From positions 128,001 to 192,000 of the forward strand of contig CAVXVB010000005.1 in assembly GCA_963765205.1 (NCBI GenBank): 64,000 nucleotides of DNA, read 5' to 3'. Source of the DNA: an uncultured Verrucomicrobiae bacterium. Lineage in GTDB: Bacteria > Verrucomicrobiota > Verrucomicrobiia > Opitutales > JABDGR01. Below the pieces are notes generated by a model, which saw nothing but the letters and a program-made list of their open reading frames with translations, had not been told where the DNA came from and did not search any database. A program made the position numbers and the translations under genes. The first letter of the stretch is position 1. Each line of letters begins with the position of its first letter. Below, piece after piece: positions 8,148 through 17,011 of the stretch.

Positions 8148-10461
8148 CCACGACGAATTGCACCAGCTTCGCTGGCTCCTCGGCCTGGTGCTTGTGCTCC
8201 TGGCTTTTTGGACATTGTTTGGCTTGGAATTCGGCGGCCTGGTTTGGCGGACGTTGTTTTTTGCGACGGCGGTGTCGGCGCTGGCGTTTCCCGGCTGGCC
8301 GGGGCGGATTCCGGCCTGGATTGGGCGGTGGTCGCTGATTCTGGGCGCGGCGGCGCTGTTTTCGCAGTTCATCGCCACGCAGTTCGACCTGGTGTCGGGC
8401 CTGGTGCTGATGGTGTCGCTGCTGGCGCTCTCGCGCGGGTTGCAATACCGCCGGTTGCGCGAGGACTGGCAGCTCATCCTGCTGTGTTTGTTTATTATTG
8501 TCCTGGTTGGTGTGCTGACATTGTCCCTGCTGTTCGGGTTGCAAATCCTGCTCTTCACGATTGTCACCATGGCGATGTTATTCGTGATGAATCTCGTGCA
8601 GGGCGACGCGGGCCGGGCGCTGGCGCGGGAGGATTGGAAAAACTTCCACTGGCCGCATTTCCTGCGCCGGGTGCGCGGCGCGCTGGACATGCGGCAGTTG
8701 CTCCAGGCGACCGGGTTGTTTGGCGGCCTGGTGCTGGTGGGCACGATTATCTTCATCTCCATGCCGCGCTACCAGTTCGAGCAGTCCTTCAGCTTTCCCA
8801 GCATGAAGGGCGTGTCCGGCTTCAATGACCATGTGACATACAAGGAATCGTGGAGCGTGGACCCCGACGATTCCATCGCCTTCCGGGTGGATGCGCCGCC
8901 GGGGATCAGCTTTTCGACCTACCCGTATTGGCGCATGATTGTGCTGGATGAATACAAGGACGATGGCTTCCAGCTTTCGGCCGGGCTGCAAAGGAGCGGT
9001 TTCAGCTCGGTGGTCCGCTACCCGGATTCCGCGAGCTCCTACGAGGAACACTCCCGCGCAGCCGACGCCCAGCCCGGCACCTGGAAAATTTACCTCGAAG
9101 GCAACGTCAGCGAATACCTGCCCGTGCTCGGCCCCTTTGACTTGCTGACCTTCAGCACGCGCCAGGACTTTCGCGCCAACGAGGACGTGAGTGTTTACCG
9201 CACGGCCTCCGCCTCGCCCAAGGTGCTGGGCTATGAAATTGAAAGCATGAGTTCCGGGGACACGATTCCCACCGGGCGCAAGGAACGGCCCGGCTTCGAG
9301 GCCGATTTCACGCTGACGGCGGCCGATGCGAAGCGCGCCCATGGCCTGCCAATCGTTTATCCCTATACTTACCTCGGACTGCCGAATCAGACCAATAGCC
9401 TGACGAAGGTTAACGACCGGACCATTATTGACGGGTTGCGGGACAAAATCCTCGCCAGCATCCAGGGCCAAATCAACACCGAGCTGGCGCGGCAACCCGC
9501 CCGCAACCGCGCCGACGTGACCCGTGAGGTTTACCTTAATGCGGTCATGGACTATTTGCTGAAGAACCATGTGCCGTCCATGGAGATGAATTTGGACGGC
9601 ACGGAGCAGAGCGGCCACGATCTGCTGGTGCGTTGGATGAATACACCGATGAGCAAGGGCTGGTGCGAATTATACGCCGGCGCCTTTGTGCTGTTGGCGC
9701 GCGATGGCGGCTATCCCGCCCGCGTGGTCAGCGGCTACAAGGGCGTGGCCTTTAACCCCATTGAAAGTTATTACGTGGTGCGGCAAAGCATGGCTCACGC
9801 CTGGGCCGAAGTCTTTGACGGTCGGGACCACTGGGTGCGCTACGACCCCTCGCCAGGGGCCAGCGCCACCGGTGCCGGCGGGCAGCCCGGCCTCGTCCTC
9901 GCCGGCCCGGTTTTGGAAAGCGGCATGGGCGCGTTTTTGGACAGCCTGCGCATGATCTGGTATCGCCGCGTCATCAACTTCGACCAGACCGACCAGCAGG
10001 AGTTGGCGGCGAAAGTGGCGGACTATGGCAAGAATCTGGCGGCGGCGCTGGGGCTGTGGTTCGCCCGCCACTGGGCGGCCCTGCGGGGCTGGTTCCGCGG
10101 GCCGCTCACGCCCATGCGCATTGAGGCGCTGGCGGGCGCGGTGCTGGCGGTGACGCTCGCCTGGCGCCAGCGCCACGCCTTGCGGAACCTCTGGTTGCGC
10201 GGGAGCGGGTGGATTTTGCTCGGGCGCGCCCACGGCCTGCCGCCGGTGCGGCTTGACGCCGGCCGCTGGCTCCGGCGCTTCCAGCCCGTCTGGCAGGCCC
10301 GCGCCCCGGCGCTGCCCACCCCCGAACGCGCGCAGTGGGACGGCGTGCGGCGCGACCTTCTCGCCCTGCGCTACGGCCCGCTTGACCAACCGCCCGACGC
10401 GGCCAAGACTTTCCAGTTGGCGAAAGAATTATTGCGCGCGGCGCGGCAAGCCACGGGTTAA
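8110..10461 (+). CDS. Transglutaminase-like membrane protein (TgpA/DUF3488 type)
   Basis: Multiple TMs, YWRMIVLDEY, catalytic triad motifs GWCELYA, AHAWAEV, YDPSP; start estimated. Confidence 0.9.
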   Translation: MSTSADNSRVRLSHDELHQLRWLLGLVLVLLAFWTLFGLEFGGLVWRTLFFATAVSALAFPGWPGRIPAWIGRWSLILGAAALFSQFIATQFDLVSGLVLMVSLLALSRGLQYRRLREDWQLILLCLFIIVLVGVLTLSLLFGLQILLFTIVTMAMLFVMNLVQGDAGRALAREDWKNFHWPHFLRRVRGALDMRQLLQATGLFGGLVLVGTIIFISMPRYQFEQSFSFPSMKGVSGFNDHVTYKESWSVDPDDSIAFRVDAPPGISFSTYPYWRMIVLDEYKDDGFQLSAGLQRSGFSSVVRYPDSASSYEEHSRAADAQPGTWKIYLEGNVSEYLPVLGPFDLLTFSTRQDFRANEDVSVYRTASASPKVLGYEIESMSSGDTIPTGRKERPGFEADFTLTAADAKRAHGLPIVYPYTYLGLPNQTNSLTKVNDRTIIDGLRDKILASIQGQINTELARQPARNRADVTREVYLNAVMDYLLKNHVPSMEMNLDGTEQSGHDLLVRWMNTPMSKGWCELYAGAFVLLARDGGYPARVVSGYKGVAFNPIESYYVVRQSMAHAWAEVFDGRDHWVRYDPSPGASATGAGGQPGLVLAGPVLESGMGAFLDSLRMIWYRRVINFDQTDQQELAAKVADYGKNLAAALGLWFARHWAALRGWFRGPLTPMRIEALAGAVLAVTLAWRQRHALRNLWLRGSGWILLGRAHGLPPVRLDAGRWLRRFQPVWQARAPALPTPERAQWDGVRRDLLALRYGPLDQPPDAAKTFQLAKELLRAARQATG

Positions 10462-10471
10462 AATCGGTTAT

Positions 10472-10562
10472 GGGTTGCAAGTTGCAGGCTGCAAATTGCA
10501 AGTTAAAGTCCGTCAGGATTGGTCTTAAAACCTGCAACTTACAACCTTCCAACCTGCAACCC
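10472..10562. repeat. Inverted pair of heptamer arrays (GTTGCAR)n / (CAACCTG)n
   Basis: Arms about 10472-10505 and 10527-10562 between tgpA-like gene and xth. Confidence 0.85.
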
Positions 10563-10573
10563 TCACCGTCCCC

Positions 10574-11347
10574 ATGTCCACCCTCGTCTCCTGGAATGTC
10601 AACGGCCTGCGCTCGGCGCTGGGCAAGGGACTGCTTTCCTTCGTCGAACAACGCGCGCCGGACGTGCTGTGCCTGCAGGAGATCAAGTTGTCGGGCGAGC
10701 ATGTGCCGACGCTGGCACTGCCGTTCGCGCACCAATACTGGAGCCACGCGGCGAAGCCCGGTTATTCCGGCACGGCGATTTTGTCGCGCGTCGAGCCGCG
10801 GCGCGTGCTGCGCGATTTTCCGGGGCAGCACGCGCACCCGGCTGAGGGCCGCGTGCTGGCGGCGGAATTCGCGGGTTTTTGGCTGGTCAATGTGTATGTG
10901 CCGAATTCGCGGCGCGAGCTGGTGCGCCTGCCCTATCGGCAAAAGGAGTGGGACCCGGCCCTGCGCGAATTCCTCACCGCGCTCGCGCGCGAAAAGCCCG
11001 TCGTCGTCTGCGGCGATTTCAACGTTGCGCACGAGGAGATTGACCTCGCCAACCCGGCGTCAAACCGCCGCAACGCCGGCTTCACCGACGAGGAGCGCGC
11101 CGGTTTCACCGCCCTGCTTGGCGCGGGTTTCGTGGATGTGTTCCGCGCGCGGCATCCGGGCGAAAAGGGCCATTATTCGTGGTGGACCTTCCGCGCGAAC
11201 GCTCGTGCCCGCAACATCGGGTGGCGCATTGATTATTTCCTCGTCTCGACGCCGCTGGCAAAAAAAGTGCGCGACGCCTTCATCTGGCCGGAAGTCACCG
11301 GCTCGGATCACTGCCCCGTGGGGATTGAGTTGAGCGGGAAAATGTGA
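10574..11347 (+). CDS. xth: Exodeoxyribonuclease III
   Basis: SWNVNGLR, LCLQEIK, GYSGTA, CGDFNVAH, GWRIDYF, GSDHCPV. Confidence 0.96.
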   Translation: MSTLVSWNVNGLRSALGKGLLSFVEQRAPDVLCLQEIKLSGEHVPTLALPFAHQYWSHAAKPGYSGTAILSRVEPRRVLRDFPGQHAHPAEGRVLAAEFAGFWLVNVYVPNSRRELVRLPYRQKEWDPALREFLTALAREKPVVVCGDFNVAHEEIDLANPASNRRNAGFTDEERAGFTALLGAGFVDVFRARHPGEKGHYSWWTFRANARARNIGWRIDYFLVSTPLAKKVRDAFIWPEVTGSDHCPVGIELSGKM

Positions 11348-11373
11348 AATTGTGCGAGGAACAGGCGGAGTTT

Positions 11374-11441
11374 TTTTACCACGGATAACCCAGGCGCTTG
11401 CGCCGGGAGTTACACGGATAACACGGATTCCAAAAATCCAT
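11374..11441. repeat. CACGGAT-type arm, left copy of an imperfect direct repeat flanking the ECF gene
   Basis: TTTACCACGGAT...CACGGATA...CCAAAAATCCAT also present at 14508-14553. Confidence 0.8.
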
Positions 11442-11460
11442 GGATGGCGTTCGAGCAATT

Positions 11461-14442
11461 CTATAGTCCATAACGAGAAGCTATCACCTGTTTCTGGGCC
11501 GGGGTGAGCGGGGCGTCTTGCAGGTCGCGGGCGGCGGCGACAGGGTCCGTCTTCGCAACATAGCCGACAACCGTTCCGATTGTAGAGGCACGCACCACGT
11601 CATTGTCAATTTTAGCCGCCCATTGCAGGGCATTCGCAGGGTGGCGAGCGGTTTGAAAAGCAACGATGCCCGAGAGAGCCAAATCGCGTGATTGTCCGGC
11701 TGGAAGGTTGCTGGCCCATTGCTTGGCTGCCACATCGTCGCGAGCTTCATAGTTTGAAACCACTGTCATAATCGCAGGGGCATTCGTCGGGATGTCGCCA
11801 GGCAGATTGATGACGGCCGCCGCCGCCGCTGCCGGATCGTTTTGACTCCATGTCGTGGCCACCGAAAGCAGGAGTTTGTTGGCGTTGGTGCCGGCGGGCA
11901 GGTTTTGCGCATATTGCCACGCATCTTCAGGATTCGTCGTGGTCCAACTCGTGATGGAGGCGGACACGGCGCTATCCTGCGCCGCCCCCGGCGACAGCGA
12001 TTCGGCCCATGTCAGGGCGGCGGCCCCGTCGCTCTGTGTCCACAATTTGGCAACTACACCGACCACACTTTTTAAGCTTGAATCCCCGGCGAGGGTTTCT
12101 GCGTAAGCTGCTGCGCTGGCCGGGTCAAGCGTGGCCCAACTGGTAATGACGTTTTCATAGGCCGTAAGCCGGGTGCCGGGGGTAACGTCCGCCGGCAGAT
12201 TTTGCAGCCATTGAACAGCCGCATTGACATCGGTCATGGCCAGGTTGGTGGCCAAATTATTGATGGCGGTGTGACGGGCCAAGGTTTCGGGCAATCCGTC
12301 GACCAAATCAATGGCGGCGATGGGGTCGGAGATGGCGAGCTGGTTGGCCGCGCTGGTCAAAGCGGTGGTTTGCACGGCCCCGCTCAAATTAGTGTTGATC
12401 CAGGCTATGGCCGCGGTGGGATCGAGACTGGCCCAATTGCCGATGGCGGTTTGCAAATATTTATCCTGATTCGCTCCGGCTGGAAGTTGCGTGATGAAAT
12501 TAAGGGCGGAAAGCGGGTCGCTTTTGCTCATTTGGTCCAGAACTTTTCCAACGGTTGAATCATAAGCATAGCCGGTGGCGTTCTGGCCAAGCCAGGCGAG
12601 GGCGGCCGCCGGGTCCGTATTGGCCCAGGAGGTGGCGAAGGAGGAGATCATGGTGTCGCGGGTGCTGCCCACCGGCATTTGCGCCAGATAGTCACCCGCC
12701 GCCGCGGGGTCTTGCGCGGCGAGGCCATTCAGGCTTCGGGCAATGGCGGCGGTGCGCTCGAAGCCTGGCGGAAAGGCCTGCGCCGCCTGCAAGGCTGCGG
12801 CGGGGTCGGTTCGCCCCCACGAATCAAAGACGCTCTCAATGGCATTCGTGCGAGTCTTGCCAGCCGGCAGATTTTGGAGGGCCGCGTTGGCGGCCACAGG
12901 GTCGTCCAGACCCCATTTCTGAAAGACGGTGCTGTAAGTGTCTGGATTCTGATAGCCCATGGGCATATTGCGGAGAGCGTCGAAGGCGGCCTGGGGGTCG
13001 CTGGCGGCCAGATTGCGGATGATAATGTTTTCCACTGTATTGCGAGTGCCTACGTTGCCGATTTGATTCAGCGCTCCCAAGGCCGCCTGGGGGTCTTGGA
13101 GCGACCACACATTAAATAGAGTTTGGGTCAGGTTGGCAGTCGCCATGCCGGGAGGGAGGTTTTTCATCGCGGCGAAGGCCACCATGGGATCACCACCCTG
13201 AACCCAAGTGCCCAGCACCTCAGCGATTGAATCAGCACGGAATGAGGCACGTTCCAGATTAGCCGCCGCATCCAGAGCGGCTTTGGGGTCAGTCCCGGCC
13301 CAGGTGCTAAAGACAATAGTGAGGTCGGTGGCGTTACCTTTTCGCGTGCTTGCTATGGTCGCATAGGCCAGCGCGCCTTGGGGATCGGCAACGGCCCATT
13401 TGGCATAGGCGAGTTCTTTGGTGACCTCCGCAATACCAGGTTGCGGACAACTGGTGGCGGAGTCCAGCAATGCACCCAATTGGGATACCGGCGTTTGCTC
13501 TACCAGTTTAGCCAAGGCGGCGAGTTGCGTCCCGCCTTTGTATTTTTTTAGAATTTCGGCGAGCGGCCCCTGCAAATCCCAGGGGACGTTTTTGGGTTTT
13601 GCGTTAGACCTGCCGGTGGACAAATTGGCTGGGGCCGCGCTTTTTTTTGCGACCAGTTGAGATTTCACGGCTGGGGCGGTGTGCTGGCCGAGCTGGAAGG
13701 ACGCGACCGCGAGGGCGATCACGCCGGCGGTCACAAGGACGTTTTTGGTGGAGATGATCATAAAATAGGTTTTGAGGAAGGAACCGGAAAGCAAACCGCC
13801 GCCCACCCTGGCGAGCGAGGCACCCGCCACTTTCGCCGCCAACCCGGCAGACACGGGCGTCGTCGCGTGGGAAGTGAGGGACGAGGCCAGCAAGGCGGCG
13901 GTGGTCGTCACGCCCCGGCTGGAAAAGTGCCGGCGCATTTTTTCGAGGGCGCGGTTCACGCGCTGGCCCGCGGTTTTTTCGTCCACGCGCAGAATCCGCC
14001 CCACTTCGTCGTAGCTTTTGTCCTCAAAAAAGCGCAGCAACAGGGCGTCCTGCTCCGGGCGCTTGAGTTGCTGCATGGCCTCGTCAATCAAGGGGGCGAG
14101 GTGTTCCCAGGCCGGCTCGGCGCCGCTTTGGGTTTCCGTGAGTTTCATGGCGTCGGTTTCTCGTTGCCGCCGCCGTTGCTCCTGGCGCAGGGCGTTGAGC
14201 GCGGTGTGGTGGGTGACGCGGTAAATCCAGCCGGACAAGAGCTGCCCTTCCCGGATCGTCCAGGCCTTCCGCGCCAATTGGATGAAGACGGTCTGGACCA
14301 CGTCCTCCGCCGTTTGCCGATCCGGCACGACCCGCAGCGCCGAGGCGAGGGCAAAGGGCAGATGCCGGGCCACCAATTCGGCGAAGGCGCGCTCCGAATG
14401 GTGCCCGACGTATTCCCGCAATAATTCGCGATCATCCGGCAT
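11461..14442 (-). CDS. ECF sigma-70 factor with TM helix and long C-terminal helical-repeat extension
   Basis: Sigma2 (AFAELVARH...AEDVVQTVF...LSGWIYR) and sigma4 (LLLRFFEDKSYDEVG...QRVNRALEKMR); TM near aa 235; many W-x3-DP-x-AA repeats. Confidence 0.9.
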   Translation of the reverse strand: MPDDRELLREYVGHHSERAFAELVARHLPFALASALRVVPDRQTAEDVVQTVFIQLARKAWTIREGQLLSGWIYRVTHHTALNALRQEQRRRQRETDAMKLTETQSGAEPAWEHLAPLIDEAMQQLKRPEQDALLLRFFEDKSYDEVGRILRVDEKTAGQRVNRALEKMRRHFSSRGVTTTAALLASSLTSHATTPVSAGLAAKVAGASLARVGGGLLSGSFLKTYFMIISTKNVLVTAGVIALAVASFQLGQHTAPAVKSQLVAKKSAAPANLSTGRSNAKPKNVPWDLQGPLAEILKKYKGGTQLAALAKLVEQTPVSQLGALLDSATSCPQPGIAEVTKELAYAKWAVADPQGALAYATIASTRKGNATDLTIVFSTWAGTDPKAALDAAANLERASFRADSIAEVLGTWVQGGDPMVAFAAMKNLPPGMATANLTQTLFNVWSLQDPQAALGALNQIGNVGTRNTVENIIIRNLAASDPQAAFDALRNMPMGYQNPDTYSTVFQKWGLDDPVAANAALQNLPAGKTRTNAIESVFDSWGRTDPAAALQAAQAFPPGFERTAAIARSLNGLAAQDPAAAGDYLAQMPVGSTRDTMISSFATSWANTDPAAALAWLGQNATGYAYDSTVGKVLDQMSKSDPLSALNFITQLPAGANQDKYLQTAIGNWASLDPTAAIAWINTNLSGAVQTTALTSAANQLAISDPIAAIDLVDGLPETLARHTAINNLATNLAMTDVNAAVQWLQNLPADVTPGTRLTAYENVITSWATLDPASAAAYAETLAGDSSLKSVVGVVAKLWTQSDGAAALTWAESLSPGAAQDSAVSASITSWTTTNPEDAWQYAQNLPAGTNANKLLLSVATTWSQNDPAAAAAAVINLPGDIPTNAPAIMTVVSNYEARDDVAAKQWASNLPAGQSRDLALSGIVAFQTARHPANALQWAAKIDNDVVRASTIGTVVGYVAKTDPVAAARDLQDAPLTPAQKQVIASRYGL

Positions 14443-14507
14443 GGGGTGGCTTTTATAATAATGACACCCCCGAGTCTCGGAATACTACAAATTTGTCCAA
14501 TTATTTC

Positions 14508-14577
14508 ATTTACCACGGATGGCACGGATACCATGGATTTCCCAAAAATCCATCCGTGCTCTCCTTGCCCCCGTGGT
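14508..14577. repeat. CACGGAT-type inverted element (complete copy)
   Basis: ACCACGGATGGCACGGAT... / ATCCGTG...CCGTGGT arms. Confidence 0.8.
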
Positions 14578-15836
14578 CAATCGGCCAATAATTTCACCAA
14601 TTCGCTTACGGCCTGGGCCGCGCCGTCTTCCGCGCGCATTTGCGTAGCGCAGTCGGTGACGCGGCGCACCAGGGCCACGTCGCGCAAGAGGGTTTCGAGG
14701 GTTTCCTTGAGCGCTTCCGGCCAGGTGGCGCGGGGCAAAACCTTGGCCACGCCGAGCGCCTGCGCGGCATTGGCCCAGAAGAACTGGTCGCCCAGATGCG
14801 GGATGATGATTTGCGGGCGGCCGGCGTGGAGCGCCGCAGCGGTCGTCCCCGCGCCGCCATGATGCACGACGACGGTGGCGTGGGCGAACAGTTGGTCGTG
14901 CGGCACCGCGCCGATGACCAGAACTTCGGGCCGCTGCGGGTCGGCTTGCCAGCCGGCCCAGCCCGCTTGCACGACGAGCGGCGCGCCCCGCGGCCAGGCC
15001 GCGAGCAGACGCGCGAAAATTTCCCGCGCGGCGGCGGGGGCCATGCTGCCGAGGGTGAGCACGGGCAGCGGCGCGCCGGTTTGTTCGAGGGCACGCACTA
15101 GGGCCAATTCGGCGGCGACGCGTTCGTCCACCGGTGGCGACCAGCGGAGAAAGCCGGTGTAGCGGTAATTATCCGGCGGGAAGCCGGGCGGGGGGAAGAG
15201 CGCGGGGGAGACCGCCACGAGCGCGCGGTCGGCGGGGTCGCGCAGAAACCCGCGAAAACGACCGAGCCGGCGCGCTTCCAACTCTGTGCCCGCGTGGCGC
15301 CGCACGATTTTGTCGAGCAGTCTTCCGCCAATGCGCCAGGCGAGCCGGTGGTGAAGTTCCTGGAAAAACTTCGGCGCCCACGCGGGCAGGGCAGGCGCGT
15401 CCTCGGGGGCGGTGCTGGCGAAAGGGATGTTGTTCGGGGAAAATACAAGGGCGGCGCAGGGGCGGCGCGCGGCGCGCGCGGCGTTTTTTAGGAAGGGGAA
15501 CAAGTAGGAAGTCACCAGCACATCGTGGTCGGGCAGGCGCGCCATCGTTTCATCAAGCAGCGGGCCGAAGACGGGCCGCAGTCCAGAATATAGAATATCC
15601 AGTTGTACGAGCCGATTCGGCGTGGTCATCATGCGGGAGACGAGGGCGCTTAAATCCGGCTCGGCTCCGGTGGGCGGGATCGGCGCGAAATCGAGTTGGG
15701 CGTGCGCCGCCTCCACCTGATACCGCGGGCTGGCCAGCAAGGTAACGCCGTGCCCGGCCCGCCGCAGCCCCGCCCCCAGCGCCAAAAACGGACGCACGTC
15801 GCCGGTCGAGCCGAGGGTGGCGAGGAGGAAGCGCAT
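14577..15836 (-). CDS. GT1 family glycosyltransferase
   Basis: GSTGDVRPFLALG, VPHDQLF, VVHHGGAGTT, DQFFWA. Confidence 0.92.
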   Translation of the reverse strand: MRFLLATLGSTGDVRPFLALGAGLRRAGHGVTLLASPRYQVEAAHAQLDFAPIPPTGAEPDLSALVSRMMTTPNRLVQLDILYSGLRPVFGPLLDETMARLPDHDVLVTSYLFPFLKNAARAARRPCAALVFSPNNIPFASTAPEDAPALPAWAPKFFQELHHRLAWRIGGRLLDKIVRRHAGTELEARRLGRFRGFLRDPADRALVAVSPALFPPPGFPPDNYRYTGFLRWSPPVDERVAAELALVRALEQTGAPLPVLTLGSMAPAAAREIFARLLAAWPRGAPLVVQAGWAGWQADPQRPEVLVIGAVPHDQLFAHATVVVHHGGAGTTAAALHAGRPQIIIPHLGDQFFWANAAQALGVAKVLPRATWPEALKETLETLLRDVALVRRVTDCATQMRAEDGAAQAVSELVKLLAD

Positions 15837-15839
15837 GGA

Positions 15840-15992
15840 GAGGGGCAGAGGGACAGAGGGACAAAGGCACTAAGGGGCCGAAGATGTGGAGTGCAAGCGT
15901 TCTGAGCAAATATTTTATCAGTATCCTAATCTTCGCTGAGCCTCGGGTCTTGTCTCAGCGCCTCTGTCCCTTTGTCCCTCTGTCCCTTGGTG
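15840..15992. repeat. Inverted pair of GAGGGACA-family 8-mer arrays with AT-rich spacer
   Basis: Arms about 15840-15882 and 15955-15992; same family as 2074-2246. Confidence 0.85.
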
Positions 15993-16001
15993 TTAGCTCC
16001 T

Positions 16002-16733
16002 TCACAAAAACACCGCCACCGCCGTCAAATTGTCCGGGCCGCCGCGTTCATTGCCGAGCCGAACCAGGCGCGCGACCAGTTTCTCCGGGCTGTCGCCGGA
16101 CCAGACTTCCTCGTTCAGCTCTTCTTCTTGGAAGACCTTGGTGACGCCATCCGTATACAGCAGGAGACGGTCGCCGGCCTGGATGGGCGCGCTAAAGACA
16201 TCCACCTGGATTTCGCCGGCCTGGCCGATGCAGCGGGTGAGCGTGTGGGTGTAATAATCGGGGATATACATGTTGTCGCCGGGGCCCAGGCGGGCGCGCA
16301 TTTCCTCGGCCATGGTGTGGTCGGTGGTCAGCTTGCGCGGGGGTTCGCCCCGTCGGAACTGATACAGACCGCTGTCACCCACATGGCCAACTTCGATCTG
16401 CCCGCGCCCGAGGCGGAAGGCCGTGAGCGTGGTGCCGATGCCCACCTCGCTGCTGACGAGGCGGCCTTCGTCGTTCACGCGCTGGTTGGCGAGGTTGAAC
16501 AGGTAGCGCAAATCCAGCCGGCCGTTGCGGCCCGGCGCGTCAAACCATTTTTGCAGACACTCGACCGCCAGGGTGCTGGCGAGCGCGCCCTCGGGCAGGC
16601 CGCCCAGGCCGTCGGCCACGGCAAAAAAGGCATGGCGGGGCAGCGCGAGGAAGGCGTCCTCGTTATGCTCGCGCATCAAGCCGAGGTCTGATTGCCCAAA
16701 GGCCTTGAAGGAAACGATTGGCGTGTCAGCCAT
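16002..16733 (-). CDS. PP2C/PPM family Ser/Thr protein phosphatase
   Basis: SDLGLMREHNEDA, VADGLGG, HVGDS, LTTDHT, LYTDGV, GGPDNLT. Confidence 0.93.
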   Translation of the reverse strand: MADTPIVSFKAFGQSDLGLMREHNEDAFLALPRHAFFAVADGLGGLPEGALASTLAVECLQKWFDAPGRNGRLDLRYLFNLANQRVNDEGRLVSSEVGIGTTLTAFRLGRGQIEVGHVGDSGLYQFRRGEPPRKLTTDHTMAEEMRARLGPGDNMYIPDYYTHTLTRCIGQAGEIQVDVFSAPIQAGDRLLLYTDGVTKVFQEEELNEEVWSGDSPEKLVARLVRLGNERGGPDNLTAVAVFL

Positions 16734-16935
16734 GAGCAAGGAAGTGATAAGGGGTAGCTCCGATCCTGAACGCCGCGAGCACGTGCAGAAGAGGGTGGGA
16801 AAAGAGGAAACGCAACCCCTTAGGTATAAACGATTCGGCGGCGGAAGTAAAGAAGCGCCTTTCAAGGGAATGCGCTATTTTACAATAGGCTTCGAACGAG
16901 CCTGGATGCCTTCCAACCACCTCCATGGCTTAAGC

Positions 16936-16964
16936 TTGACCCTTGTTTAGAATTATTCTAAATA
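16936..16964 (+). promoter_or_regulatory. Putative Fur/PerR-type operator (TTTAGAAT-T-ATTCTAAA) overlapping a possible sigma70 promoter
   Basis: Perfect 8-1-8 palindrome at 16946-16962 just after TTGACC (16936-16941), upstream of the P1B ATPase. Confidence 0.65.
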
Positions 16965-17011
16965 GTGGCTCCCTTCTCTCCTCTATGCCTACGCCTGCCT
17001 TCATGCCTGCC

